DNA from: a virus
DNA length: 64,000 nt
Direction: 5' to 3' (one strand)
Virus record (IMG/VR): IMGVR_UViG_3300043392_000054
Coordinates: 118,830 to 182,829 of that record
Part shown: piece after piece, positions 1-10,324 of the stretch
Layout: every line of letters starts with the position of its first letter
Numbering within the stretch: position 1 is the first letter of the stretch
Position numbers and translations under genes: made by a program
The notes under the pieces: model-generated
Seen by the model: the letters and a program-made list of their open reading frames with translations, nothing else
What the model was told of the DNA's origin: nothing
The model's database searches: none

Positions 1-58
1 TGAAAGTCCAGAGGGCAAGGCTTCACTTAGCAAATGGGCTAAGAAGTATGCAAATGAG

Positions 59-364
59 ATGGAAGTTAAAGATAGATGGGTTGAAAAGATTAAAAAGTAT
101 TATGGTGACAATATTGACCTTTTAATCGAAAAGTTAATGGACAAATATTATTCTAAAGAGTATACTGATAGAGAACATAAAATGAATGTAGAACCAAGAG
201 AACCTCTCTTATGGCTACTTCGAGATTATGCTGCAACGTATGGTGAAGAGTGCGAGGATGAAAAGTACTTTAATGATTTTACAGCAGAAGCTTATTATAT
301 AGGTTCCTACGTTATTCAGCTCATGATAGGTCAAGGCTCATGCATTAGAATTGATGAAAAATAA
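59..364 (+). CDS. hypothetical protein
   Basis: 101-aa ORF in co-oriented gene run. Confidence 0.7.
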   Translation: MEVKDRWVEKIKKYYGDNIDLLIEKLMDKYYSKEYTDREHKMNVEPREPLLWLLRDYAATYGEECEDEKYFNDFTAEAYYIGSYVIQLMIGQGSCIRIDEK

Positions 365-407
365 TTAGCCCTAAATTTTTTTATGTCGTACTTTTTTTGT
401 AGATTTG
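361..407 (+). promoter_or_regulatory. class I (host-type, probably early) promoter; representative of 18 copies
   Basis: TA(G/T/C)ATTT(G/A) box, like the Bacteroidota -7 element TAnnTTTG, at 400, 950, 1980, 4161, 7829, 18729, 23935, 24514, 27235, 28092, 37288, 44494, 45046, 45689, 56788, 59302, 60340, 62642. Each has an upstream T-tract motif (consensus near AAATATTTTTTTAT) and lies just before a gene or tRNA. Confidence 0.8.
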
Positions 408-431
408 TATTATAATTAAAACAAACACATT

Positions 432-614
432 ATGAGCATTTTTTCAAAAAGAATAGAAGATTTAAAATCACGAGGATTTAGAGAAACTAAAGTAGGAATG
501 ACAAATGATAAATACGCTTTCCTATGGTATCAAATAGATACAGATGAAATATCTGATAGCGAATGGGAGGATTACCTCTTGAAATTAACTAACACTCAAA
601 CAAAATCAATATGA
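432..614 (+). CDS. hypothetical protein
   Basis: ORF after class I promoter. Confidence 0.65.
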   Translation: MSIFSKRIEDLKSRGFRETKVGMTNDKYAFLWYQIDTDEISDSEWEDYLLKLTNTQTKSI

Positions 615-892
615 AAAAATTATTAGCAGTATGGATTGTAGCATTAACAATCATGACGCTTATTTATGGTTGCACTGAAAATCAGAGCGCTAGAAATTAT
701 GGTGGAACAGAAACAGTTCAGCTAGAAAAAGGAGTTCGCGTAGTAAACGTTACTTGGAAAGGCGATGAGCAGCTTGGTTCTTTATGGATTCTCACTAAAA
801 AGGACACTACTACTAAGCCTACTACATATTCATTCAAAGAGAAATCAAATTTTGGTGTAATGGAAGGCACCGTAATTATTATAGAAAAATAA
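611..892 (+). CDS. putative lipoprotein or secreted protein
   Basis: signal peptide MKKLLAVWIVAL... ending IYGC; ATGA overlap. Confidence 0.65.
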   Translation: MKKLLAVWIVALTIMTLIYGCTENQSARNYGGTETVQLEKGVRVVNVTWKGDEQLGSLWILTKKDTTTKPTTYSFKEKSNFGVMEGTVIIIEK

Positions 893-985
893 TTTTAAAA
901 TTTATTAAAAATAATTAGCCCGATATTTTTTAATGTCGGGTTTTTTGTTTATATTTGTATTGTAATTAAAACAAATAAACAAATC

Positions 986-1897
986 ATGGAAAATTCAATC
1001 AAAGTAGGTTACGATTCCCAAACTGGTTTTTATACATTTAAAAACACGTATAATGCAACAGCAGAAATGAACGGCAAGTCTCTTACAGACCCATTGAAAG
1101 GTTTTAGAAGTGGAGAACTTGTAGTAACTTCTGAGAAACCAGAAACTATTACATATAAAACGTCTGGCCGTAAATTAATCGGTTATGACAATATTGAAGA
1201 TTTAACTACTATTTCCGTAGAGAAATATAAAGAACTTGAAGCTAAAATTAAATTAACTAGAGAATGGGATGAAGATTCTGAAGAATTTACATACTCTAAT
1301 TTAGAAGATGAGGTTTTTGCTTTAAGATTTGCAAGAACTTACAAACCTATTTATGAAAATGTTGAAGAAGTTCATAATTTAGAAATTGAGTTTATTGAAT
1401 ATCCTGTAAGTGCTTACAAATGTATTATTCCATTGTATTCTCTAGATGCAAATAATGTATTTGAAACAAAATGTAAATATGTGCCTAATAATATTGAAAT
1501 GTTTTTTGATATTTGTGCCTCATTTGGTATTGATAAAGGCAGAATTGATTTACCTAATCATTCTGGTTTAAGATTTGTTAAAATCGACGATAAATTTGTA
1601 GCAGGTATGGAAGATCATGAAAGGACTTTTGCACCAACAATTATTGATACTTATGAAGGATGTATTACTAGAATGGAATCTACTCGTAAAAAATTAGAAG
1701 ATATAGTTAGTTTTCATGTTGCTAAACAATCTCAAAAGATTGTAGACACATCGACTATTGGGTATCTTTTAACTCAATTAAAATCTGTGCAAAACTCAAT
1801 TTCTAGTTTAGAAGTTAAACAAAAAGAATATAATTCACAGAGAGCCATTTTAAATAGAGTTGGAGAATTAATTAATACTTATAAAGAACAAGCATAA
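986..1897 (+). CDS. hypothetical protein
   Basis: 303-aa ORF after class I promoter. Confidence 0.8.
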   Translation: MENSIKVGYDSQTGFYTFKNTYNATAEMNGKSLTDPLKGFRSGELVVTSEKPETITYKTSGRKLIGYDNIEDLTTISVEKYKELEAKIKLTREWDEDSEEFTYSNLEDEVFALRFARTYKPIYENVEEVHNLEIEFIEYPVSAYKCIIPLYSLDANNVFETKCKYVPNNIEMFFDICASFGIDKGRIDLPNHSGLRFVKIDDKFVAGMEDHERTFAPTIIDTYEGCITRMESTRKKLEDIVSFHVAKQSQKIVDTSTIGYLLTQLKSVQNSISSLEVKQKEYNSQRAILNRVGELINTYKEQA

Positions 1898-2012
1898 TTT
1901 TAAAACTGTGTCAGAATCTGCAATTAAAAAAAATAGAAAAATAAAACATCGATTATTTTTTATTGTCAGATAAATGTGTTATATTTACATATCTAATTAA
2001 AACAACCAAGTT

Positions 2013-2669
2013 ATGAAAATTGTAGTAAATCCAGGTCAACGAGTATTCTTTACTTCAGATACCCATTATAATCACAGTAATATTTGCAGAGGTGTTTCTA
2101 ACTGGGAGGGAAATAGAGAAAACCGAACTCGTGATTATGATACGTTGAATCAAATGAATATTGACCTTATTGATAATATCAATATGCTAGTAATGGAGGA
2201 TGATATTTTGATTCACTTAGGAGATTGGTCTTTTGGAGGTTTTGAATCAATTACTGAATTTAGAAATCAATTGAATTGTAAAAATATTCACCTTTTTTTG
2301 GGCAATCATGACCATCATATTTTAAATAATAAAGATAATGTACGCGACTTATTCTCTTCGGTTAATGAGCAACGAATGGTAACTATTGTGATGCCTCCAT
2401 CAATAAAGAACGGTCCATCTGAGAAACATAGATTTGTTTTAAGTCATTATCCAATTGCTTCTTGGCAAAATATGGGAGAGGGCGTAATGCACTTGCATGG
2501 TCATATTCACACTCCGCATGAATTTAAAATTGGACCAGGTAGAATGATGGATGTTGGAATTGATGGAAATCCAGATTTTCAACCATACACAATTCAACAA
2601 GTTTTGAAACTAATTGCTAATAGACCTATAAAATCTTTATTACAACATCAGCTTGACCATCATGAATAA
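2013..2669 (+). CDS. calcineurin-like metallophosphoesterase
   Basis: motifs SDTH, LGDWS, GNHD, SHYP, HGHIH. Confidence 0.9.
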   Translation: MKIVVNPGQRVFFTSDTHYNHSNICRGVSNWEGNRENRTRDYDTLNQMNIDLIDNINMLVMEDDILIHLGDWSFGGFESITEFRNQLNCKNIHLFLGNHDHHILNNKDNVRDLFSSVNEQRMVTIVMPPSIKNGPSEKHRFVLSHYPIASWQNMGEGVMHLHGHIHTPHEFKIGPGRMMDVGIDGNPDFQPYTIQQVLKLIANRPIKSLLQHQLDHHE

Positions 2670-3144
2670 AGAATCTAAGCGAACTGTTTCAAAACAAAAA
2701 CAGGTCAAAGAAAAAACTTCTGAAGTGTTAAAACAATTTAATGAGCATCTTAACGATGAAGAATTAAAAAGAAATTATGATGGTTTTATAAAAACAAAAA
2801 GTATTATTGAAGTAAGAGTTGAAAGGTATATTACACAAATAAATTCTTTACAAGATAATATTAATAAGCATAGAAACTGTATCATAGATACTCTTAAATT
2901 GGGTTATACAGATATTTCGTATCTTATTGGAGGTTTATCTCAATTGGAATCTGATTTAGAAAGAGTAAATGAGGACTTGTTTAAATCAAAGACAGAATTA
3001 GATAAAATTAATAGCAATATAGAACGTTATGAAGAATTATCTGAAAGAACTAAATTAACTTATTTTAAATTATTATCTAATTCAGGCGATATTAAAGGAA
3101 CTTGGTTAGAATTTAAAGAACAATACAAAGATAAAATATTTTAA
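2653..3144 (+). CDS. coiled-coil hypothetical protein
   Basis: heptad-rich 163-aa ORF. Confidence 0.7.
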   Translation: MTIMNKESKRTVSKQKQVKEKTSEVLKQFNEHLNDEELKRNYDGFIKTKSIIEVRVERYITQINSLQDNINKHRNCIIDTLKLGYTDISYLIGGLSQLESDLERVNEDLFKSKTELDKINSNIERYEELSERTKLTYFKLLSNSGDIKGTWLEFKEQYKDKIF

Positions 3145-3148
3145 AATA

Positions 3149-3532
3149 ATGAAAGAGTTAATATTATTGAGAGGGTTACCTGGTAGCGGTAAATCAACGT
3201 TTGCTGATTTAATCGGTGGTTTTCGTTGTGAAGCTGATATGTTTTTTATGGAAGATGGAGAATATAAGTTTGATGTTAATCGTCTTAAAGAAGCACATCT
3301 TTGGTGTAAAAAGGAATGTGAATCATTTATGGTTAGAGAAAAACCAAAGGTAATAGTATCCAATACATTTACTCAAGAATGGGAAATGGAGGATTATTAC
3401 AAATTGGCAAAAAAATATGGCTATAAAGTAACATCACTTATTGTTGAAAATAGACATGATGGTAAAAGTATTCATAGTGTTCCAGATGCAACATTAGGTA
3501 ATATGAGAAATCGTTTTGAAATTAAACTATGA
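3149..3532 (+). CDS. P-loop polynucleotide-kinase-like protein (AAA_33 type)
   Basis: Walker A GLPGSGKST; VSNTFT and ENRH motifs typical of phage PNK kinase domains. Confidence 0.85.
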   Translation: MKELILLRGLPGSGKSTFADLIGGFRCEADMFFMEDGEYKFDVNRLKEAHLWCKKECESFMVREKPKVIVSNTFTQEWEMEDYYKLAKKYGYKVTSLIVENRHDGKSIHSVPDATLGNMRNRFEIKL

Positions 3533-4125
3533 AAAGCTTATTTGATTTAGAAAGTACTCCTAAAACTGAAGTAGAGTGGGATAAAGTATTAGACCATTGG
3601 ATGGTAGATACTGGAATAAAAGACCCGAAAGATGATAACTTCAATACCCCACCACAAATAGTAAAGTTAGCAATTTGGTTAGAAGAAAGATATACAAAGC
3701 CCTTTAAAAAATGATAAAAAAGATATTTCTATTAGCATTAACGATTGGTCTTTTTTCTATGGGTTATAGAAGTTTAAAAAAAGAACAATGTTCAGTTGCT
3801 CGTAAATTTGAAATAGAAAATAATGGTAAATTAGAAAAACACTTTTTAGTTAAATTTACAGATGGAACTATTCAAGATGAAATAGTTTCAGATGTAGTTT
3901 ATAGAAATATAAAAGAATTAGATTTTTATTATGCAATTAAACAATAATATTATGTACGTAACAATTTTAAATTTTGAAAGCGGTAAAATTGATGTCTTAG
4001 AAATACCAATGTCAAATGCAGGTGATTCGGCTGAATTGTATATCGAAGAAACTTTAAACTATTCTCTTAGTAACTGTGATTGGATGATGACTGCTGAAAA
4101 ACCAGAACTTAATTTTTTAAATTAA
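3529..4125 (+). CDS. three small hypothetical proteins (3529-3714, 3711-3947, 3931-4125)
   Basis: overlapping co-oriented ORFs. Confidence 0.6.
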
Positions 4126-4171
4126 AGTTCCAAATATTTTTTTATATCAATTATTTTAGTTATATTTGTAT

Positions 4172-5269
4172 ATGAAAATTAATCTACAAATACTAGAGCA
4201 ATATGTGTCTGAAGGATATGTGACTAAGCAAGTCCACCCAAAATATCCATTAGCCATATATAATTATACGCAATCAACTCAATATGAAAAAAATTGGGAT
4301 GAAATTACATTGTCTTGTAGAGGATTAATTATGGATACTGAAACTGGAGAAATTGTAGCTCGTTCTTTTCCAAAGTTTTTTAATTTAGAAGAGCTTGATG
4401 ATAAAACTAAAGTATCGCTATTGTCAAATCATAGAGTATCTGTTCAAGAAAAAATAGATGGGTCTTTAGGAATCATTTTTAATTATAAAGGTGAATGGAT
4501 TCTTTGTACTAAAGGTTCATTTACATCAGAACAATCAATTAGAGGAACACAAATTTTAACTAAAAAATATGACCTTAAAAAGTTTAACCCGGCTGTTTCG
4601 TATATCTGTGAAATCATTTATCCGGAAAATCGTATTGTTTGCGATTATCAGGACGCAGAAACACTTGTTTTTCTTACAGCATTTATTGACAATGTTGAAT
4701 TAGAAGAGGATATAGTTCAAGAAGTTTTTCTAGAATCAGGTATAGAATTAGAGGATACTATTTATGATACAGCGTACCTTGAAGAAATTAACTTTGATTT
4801 ATTATCAAGTCTTAAAGCTCAAAATAGTAAGGGTGAAGAGGGCTACGTATTAAGATTTTTACCTTCTAATTATAGAATCAAAATTAAGTTTAGCGATTAT
4901 ATTGCATTACATAGGATAATGACGCAGTGCTCTTCTTATGACATCTGGGAGAACTTGTCTAAATTCAATAAAGTACCAGATGAATTATTAGATAATGTAC
5001 CAGATGAGTTCTATGATTGGATTAGAGCTGAAGAAATTAGTATTCTATCAAATTTTGCACACATATATGCTTTACATGCTGCGTGCTTAACTAATTTAAA
5101 TCTGTCAAAAACTTTACCAAGAGCTGAAGTTGCTAAAGCAATTACATCCGTAAATCAACACAAAATTAGTCATAAGATTTTATTTGCAATGTATGATGGT
5201 AAATTAGTTCATGATATGATTTGGCCATTAGTAAAACCAGCGTATAGTAAACCTTTTAGTAAATTTTAA
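4172..5269 (+). CDS. T4 Rnl1-type RNA ligase
   Basis: YNYT, CRGLI, FPKFFN, nucleotidyltransferase motif I EKIDGS, EGYV, KIKF; ATG at 4172 lies 3 nt after a TATATTTG box, so possibly leaderless. Confidence 0.9.
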   Translation: MKINLQILEQYVSEGYVTKQVHPKYPLAIYNYTQSTQYEKNWDEITLSCRGLIMDTETGEIVARSFPKFFNLEELDDKTKVSLLSNHRVSVQEKIDGSLGIIFNYKGEWILCTKGSFTSEQSIRGTQILTKKYDLKKFNPAVSYICEIIYPENRIVCDYQDAETLVFLTAFIDNVELEEDIVQEVFLESGIELEDTIYDTAYLEEINFDLLSSLKAQNSKGEEGYVLRFLPSNYRIKIKFSDYIALHRIMTQCSSYDIWENLSKFNKVPDELLDNVPDEFYDWIRAEEISILSNFAHIYALHAACLTNLNLSKTLPRAEVAKAITSVNQHKISHKILFAMYDGKLVHDMIWPLVKPAYSKPFSKF

Positions 5270-5275
5270 TATAAT
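5249..5275 (+). promoter_or_regulatory. class II promoter AAAC-N17-TA(T/C)AA; representative of 16 copies
   Basis: exact 17-nt spacing; TATAA-like box begins at 5270, 8189, 15763, 19167, 23607, 28383, 32900, 35814, 37743, 42418, 43873, 44058, 46349, 46612, 47309, 50207; upstream hexamer mostly TGAAAC. Confidence 0.75.
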
Positions 5276-5290
5276 AAGAAAAATATTATT

Positions 5291-5833
5291 ATGGCAAAGA
5301 TTGAAGAAATGCTTTCTGTGATTAAGGATTTAACATCTGACGTAACTATTCCCGGTTTAGATGTTGATACTGTTGTACCCGCAATGGTTGAAGCTAGATT
5401 TAAGAATGAATTGGGTATGATTGAAGATGCTAAACAAAAAGAGGCAGAAACTAAAAAAATGATTGAGTACTATAAAACACAAGGTCGTGTTGAAGTAGAA
5501 ACTCAAATTGCTACTATAAAAATGGGTTACAAAACAGTAAAATCTCAAGTAATTCAAATTACAGCAGCAGCAAAAACAGCAGTTGCTAGTAATTTAATTC
5601 CACCTGTGATTTCAGTACCTCCAGCTGTACCAAATCCTGCTTATGTTTTGGTTGAAAACGCAACAAAGGTTAGTAATTTTATTTCAATGATTGAAGGAGC
5701 TTTAGCTAAATTTGGAGAGATGTTATTAGCAGCTGTTAAAATTGCATTTGAAATTCCAGATATGATTATGGATTTATTGAAGACTTTACTAGACCTTAAA
5801 AAGACAGTGACTGCAATTCCTGTACCAGCATAA
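5291..5833 (+). CDS. hypothetical protein
   Basis: 180-aa ORF after class II promoter. Confidence 0.75.
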   Translation: MAKIEEMLSVIKDLTSDVTIPGLDVDTVVPAMVEARFKNELGMIEDAKQKEAETKKMIEYYKTQGRVEVETQIATIKMGYKTVKSQVIQITAAAKTAVASNLIPPVISVPPAVPNPAYVLVENATKVSNFISMIEGALAKFGEMLLAAVKIAFEIPDMIMDLLKTLLDLKKTVTAIPVPA

Positions 5834-6402
5834 TGGAACATTTTTACGAAAGTATTGGAGAAAATTGGTTTAACTATCAAGACGTTTATAAAAAAATGGT
5901 TGAGATAGCTAAACCAAATTCTCATTTTGTAGAAGTAGGTAGTTGGAAGGGTAGAAGTGCAGCTTTTATGGCAGTTGAAATCATAAACTCCATTAAAAAA
6001 ATACAATTCGACTGTGTAGATACATGGGAAGGTTCAATTGAGCATACTGAAAATAATAGTGTAGTTAATAGAACTCTATATGACGAATTTCTATTCAATA
6101 TTGAACCAGTTTCAAATGTTATTAAACCTATTCAAAAGCTTTCTCTAGAGGCTGCTCAAGATTATGCAGACCAAAGTTTAGATTTTGTATTTATAGATGC
6201 TTCACATGAATATGAAGATGTTTTAAATGATATAAAGGCTTGGATGCCTAAAATAAAATCTGGTGGATGGATTGCAGGTCATGATTATGTAGAAGGCAGA
6301 AAATATTGGGAAGGTGTATATGATGCTGTAAATGAATACTTTAAAGAAATTCCCTTTCAAACAATGAGCCATTGTGATGCATGGCTTTATCAAAAACCAT
6401 AA
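5833..6402 (+). CDS. class I SAM-dependent methyltransferase (Methyltransf_24-like)
   Basis: VEVGSWKGRS, DTWEGS, FIDASHEYE, GGWIAGHDY. Confidence 0.85.
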   Translation: MEHFYESIGENWFNYQDVYKKMVEIAKPNSHFVEVGSWKGRSAAFMAVEIINSIKKIQFDCVDTWEGSIEHTENNSVVNRTLYDEFLFNIEPVSNVIKPIQKLSLEAAQDYADQSLDFVFIDASHEYEDVLNDIKAWMPKIKSGGWIAGHDYVEGRKYWEGVYDAVNEYFKEIPFQTMSHCDAWLYQKP

Positions 6403-7098
6403 TGGAAATCATTTTTTTTATTTTAATTATCATAGTGCCGATTCTAATTTGGAATTGGGTGAAAGCCATATTCACAAAATGGATATGGAATGAAACTCTT
6501 CCAAAAATGACAAATCATGTAAATAAAATAAGTACAAAACAGGCTTTTGTTATCAATGTGTTAAAAAATAAAAAAAAGTAAAATATAATGTTAACCAATA
6601 AACTACTTATTGTACTTTTTTGATAATGTGTCAATTTTACAATATTAAAATAGTTATATATTGTATACACAACATAAACAACAAAGCGGCATGAAAAAGC
6701 AGATTATTTTTTTAACATTATCATTATCATTATTAGTAGTTTTATCTACAATTTTAGGATTTCACACAGTAAAACACTTAAATAGTACACATACAAAAAC
6801 AGATACTCAAAATGAAATTTCAGTGTCTTCTACTATTGCAAACAAAACTGAAAATATTTCATCTACCAAAAAGATAAAACAATATAGAAAGGATAAAATA
6901 GAAACAGAAGTAAAAGCGGAAGAGATACAACAAATTTATTATACAGGACCTTCTTTATTTGAATTAGCAAATGAATTAAATGTTCAAATTGGAAACATAG
7001 AAGAACCAATTAATACAGATATTCCGGTTCAACAGGATAATAGCAATATATTAAGTTTAGCAGAATTAATAGGATTATACGGCATTAAATCATTTTAA
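6381..7098 (+). CDS. two membrane-anchored hypothetical proteins (6381-6581, 6691-7098)
   Basis: N-terminal hydrophobic helices. Confidence 0.55.
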
Positions 7099-7099
7099 G

Positions 7100-7107
7100 G
7101 ATATATA
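7100..7107 (+). promoter_or_regulatory. class III (probably late) promoter GATATATA; representative of 9 copies
   Basis: GATATATA at 7100, 19688, 20876, 23595, 32868, 42414, 43080, 57267, 61479, mostly shortly upstream of virion-type genes; resembles T4 late TATAAATA. Confidence 0.6.
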
Positions 7108-7134
7108 AGTTAATAACAATATATCCAATTACTT

Positions 7135-7797
7135 ATGGAAACCAAATCAAACTCAAAAATCTATCTCTGGTTAGCTATTGCGATATTAGCAATATTATTA
7201 GGCATTGAAAAATGTAATAAATCAGAGGAATCAGTTGCTCAAAATCAAGTGGCATTAGAAGCTAAACCAGCTAAAGTAGATACTATTTTGATTGAAGTTC
7301 CATCTAAGCCAAAAATTGTTTATATTACTAAATATAAAATTATTCCAAACGATAAGAGTAAATCGATTGACACAGCAAATAAAATTGTTGAGGTACCAGT
7401 TAAGGTAGATAGTTCTTTATTATTATCTAAATATTATGGTAGAAATTACCAAATTATCGAGACGACATTAGACCCAGGTTATACTTCAATCGTAACTATT
7501 GACGCTATTTCAAGAAATAAAATCATTGCAAGAAGAACATATCTTAGAACATTTAAGAAAAGACCAAATTATGTCAGTGTTTATCTTGTAGCTCCAGAAA
7601 AACCTAAGACTAGAGAATGGTATGTAGGTGGAGGAACTTCTGTTAGCAAATATGGTTTCAACACAATGCATGGTTCTGTCCTGTTAAAGAACAAACATGA
7701 TGAAATTTATCAATTAAGCGCAGGTATCACTAACACTTCACCATTAGGAGTATATGAGCCTTTTGTTGGTGCATCAATTTTATTTAAAGTAAAATAG
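7135..7797 (+). CDS. membrane-anchored or secreted hypothetical protein
   Basis: N-terminal TM helix, beta-rich C-terminus. Confidence 0.7.
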   Translation: METKSNSKIYLWLAIAILAILLGIEKCNKSEESVAQNQVALEAKPAKVDTILIEVPSKPKIVYITKYKIIPNDKSKSIDTANKIVEVPVKVDSSLLLSKYYGRNYQIIETTLDPGYTSIVTIDAISRNKIIARRTYLRTFKKRPNYVSVYLVAPEKPKTREWYVGGGTSVSKYGFNTMHGSVLLKNKHDEIYQLSAGITNTSPLGVYEPFVGASILFKVK

Positions 7798-7861
7798 TCT
7801 TAGATTTTTATTTGTCAGATTTTTTAATTATATTTACATATAGTTAAAGGATAAATATACA

Positions 7862-8161
7862 ATGAATTTAGAAAAACAAATACTTGCCTATAAAGCAGCT
7901 GCTGAAAATTATACTAAAGAAAATTTAGCGCATTGCCTAGGTAAAAATGTTGAAATCAATCAAGAAGAATATCAATATATCGTCGATATTACAATGTCTA
8001 TTTTAATGACTAGAGATGATATCGGTTATTCAGGCGGTCATTTTGCAAAAGCAATTGTAAATGATGATAATGCCGGTATATTAGAGCACGGAGATGCAGT
8101 GTGTATAAAAGCCCTTAATTTTTTTATTACAGCTAATAAATGGTGTGCAGTTTCTTATTAA
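7862..8161 (+). CDS. hypothetical protein
   Basis: ORF after class I promoter. Confidence 0.7.
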   Translation: MNLEKQILAYKAAAENYTKENLAHCLGKNVEINQEEYQYIVDITMSILMTRDDIGYSGGHFAKAIVNDDNAGILEHGDAVCIKALNFFITANKWCAVSY

Positions 8162-8232
8162 TTTTTGAAACAATGCTAATTTAATAAGTATAATATATAC
8201 AAAAAGAGTTAAAGAAAAGACTTTAATTTTTT

Positions 8233-8315
8233 GCTTCGGTGGTGGAATAGGTAGACACGCAAGACTTAAAATCTTGTTCCTGTAAGGAGTGCCGGTTCGA
8301 TTCCGGCCCGAAGTA
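8233..8315 (+). tRNA. tRNA-Leu(TAA)
   Basis: cloverleaf, loop CTTAAAA, long variable arm. Confidence 0.95.
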
Positions 8316-8316
8316 C

Positions 8317-8426
8317 AATGTAACGACTTAGAAATAAGTGACGGAACAGACGCTAAGTATGAAATGGAAACGTTTGAAGCTCGTATAAAGAAGCGGATTC
8401 GACACAAACCGTACAGACGTTACATT
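8317..8426 (+). ncRNA. putative structured RNA between tRNAs
   Basis: 9-bp closing stem AATGTAACG/CGTTACATT; ACTTA-GAAA-TAAGT hairpin. Confidence 0.5.
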
Positions 8427-8440
8427 AATTTTTAAAATCC

Positions 8441-8512
8441 GGCCCTATAATTAAACGGATATAATGCGTCCCTTCTAAGGATGACTTGGGAGTTCGATTC
8501 TCTCTGGGGCTA
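8441..8512 (+). tRNA. tRNA-Arg(TCT)
   Basis: cloverleaf, loop CTTCTAA. Confidence 0.9.
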
Positions 8513-8513
8513 C

Positions 8514-8546
8514 AAAGCTCTATCATTAATGGTAGAGCTTTTTTAA
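8514..8546 (+). terminator. intrinsic terminator
   Basis: AAGCTCTA...TAGAGCTT plus T tract. Confidence 0.7.
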
Positions 8547-8561
8547 TTTACCAAGTATTGT

Positions 8562-8924
8562 ATGCAACTGTTAGCTACTAAAATTGTTAAAAAAATGGAC
8601 CTTGGCTCTAACGGAAACCTATTCGGCGGAGAATTACTGGCATGGGTCGATGAAGCGGTTGCAGCATACGCAATGTTAATTCTTCAAAATAGGGAAATGG
8701 TAACTCTTAGTATTGATTCCCTTAAATTCGAAAGAGAAGTAAAAGAAGGTGCATTACTTCAAATTAATGCTGGTTTAATCAAAACAGGTACAACATCTGC
8801 AACCTTTGAAGTAGTTGTAAATACTTATGATGTAGTAGATAGTTCAATAGAAAGAGTCTTCAAAACTAATATGACATTTGTCAGAGTCATCAATGGAAAA
8901 CCCCATCCAATTAAGAAAACTTAA
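8562..8924 (+). CDS. hotdog-fold acyl-CoA thioesterase
   Basis: DLGSNGNLFGGELLAWVDE motif. Confidence 0.85.
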   Translation: MQLLATKIVKKMDLGSNGNLFGGELLAWVDEAVAAYAMLILQNREMVTLSIDSLKFEREVKEGALLQINAGLIKTGTTSATFEVVVNTYDVVDSSIERVFKTNMTFVRVINGKPHPIKKT

Positions 8925-9016
8925 AGACATGAAAGATAAAATTAAAGCGATAATAGCATTTATTATAGGATTTGTTTCCTTTCAATTATTATTTCATTTA
9001 GTGATTTTAAAATAAT

Positions 9017-10324
9017 ATGAATAACATAGATAAACAATACCAAGCATTATTACAAGATATTTTAGATAACGGTGTAGAAAAATCAGACCGAACAGGTACA
9101 GGAACAATTTCAGTTTTTGGTAGACAGATTCGCCATAAAATGAGTGAAGGATTTCCATTATTAACCACAAAGAAAATGGCATTCAAAACTATGGTAACTG
9201 AATTACTATGGTTTTTACGTGGTGATACTAATATTAAATTCCTATTAGATTATAATTGTCATATTTGGGACGGTGACGCATATAAGAACTATCAAACTTA
9301 TATGAATAAAAACTTAACAGAGACTAAACATTGTAAAATAATAGAAGTTTCAGAAGACGATAGTGGTATAGGTGCTAAGGGTAGACACTATACAAAAGAA
9401 GAGTTCATCAACAAAATTAAAACTGATGATATATTTGCAAAACAATGGGGAGAATTAGGCCCGGTATATGGTAAACAATGGAGAGATTATAATGGTGAAT
9501 TACGTACTGAATTAAGTACTACAAAGGGTGAAGATGGGTTCTATAAATACATAACAAAACATATTCCAGGGATAGACCAAATTCAAAATCTGATTGACGA
9601 CCTTAAAACAAATCCGGATTCAAGAAGATTGATGGTCTCGGCTTGGAATGTGGCAGCATTAAACCAAATGGTACTTCCGCCTTGTCATTATGGATTTCAA
9701 GTTTATACAAGAGAGTTGAGTTGGGAAGAGAGGTTTGAATTATTTAAGAAACAAAATAATGGTTCACATCCTTATGATAATGAAATGTTAGATGATTATA
9801 ACATCCCAACCAGAGCATTATCTTTAATGTGGAATCAACGAAGTGTAGATACATTCTTAGGATTACCTTTCAACATTGCGTCATACGGTTTATTACTTGA
9901 AATACTAGCTAAAGAAGTAAATATGGTACCTGATGAATTAATTGGTAATTTAGGAGATGTTCATTTATATAAAAATCATATTGAACAAGCTAAAGAACAA
10001 ATTGGCAGAGATTTAACTGATGAAGAGAGATACAATAAATGGTTTAATAATAATGTTGTATCTGGTATGGAAAAGTTCTTTGACCCAAATAACCTACCAA
10101 ACTTTGAAGACCCATATTATGAACCAACACCAAAAAGTAGTCGAGAACCATATCCATTACCAAGGATTGAAATTACTGAAAGAGATTGGTACCAACATGA
10201 AGCAGTTAAAGAACATTTAGGCCCAAAAACTTTTAATGAAAAGATTTTATCTTATAGACCTGATTGTTTTGAATTAATCGGATATAAATCGCATCCATCT
10301 ATTAAAGCACCTTTATCAAATTAA
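9017..10324 (+). CDS. thyA: thymidylate synthase with insertions
   Basis: DRTGTGT, SRR, LPPCH, QRSVDTFLGLPFNIASY, GDVHLYKNH. Confidence 0.97.
   Translation: MNNIDKQYQALLQDILDNGVEKSDRTGTGTISVFGRQIRHKMSEGFPLLTTKKMAFKTMVTELLWFLRGDTNIKFLLDYNCHIWDGDAYKNYQTYMNKNLTETKHCKIIEVSEDDSGIGAKGRHYTKEEFINKIKTDDIFAKQWGELGPVYGKQWRDYNGELRTELSTTKGEDGFYKYITKHIPGIDQIQNLIDDLKTNPDSRRLMVSAWNVAALNQMVLPPCHYGFQVYTRELSWEERFELFKKQNNGSHPYDNEMLDDYNIPTRALSLMWNQRSVDTFLGLPFNIASYGLLLEILAKEVNMVPDELIGNLGDVHLYKNHIEQAKEQIGRDLTDEERYNKWFNNNVVSGMEKFFDPNNLPNFEDPYYEPTPKSSREPYPLPRIEITERDWYQHEAVKEHLGPKTFNEKILSYRPDCFELIGYKSHPSIKAPLSN

Noticed and set aside
8441-8512. Amber suppressor tRNA or recoded stop codons (CTA seen in loops here and at 30730)
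   Set aside because: Stem register gives TCT and TTC anticodons; conserved genes are full length in the standard code
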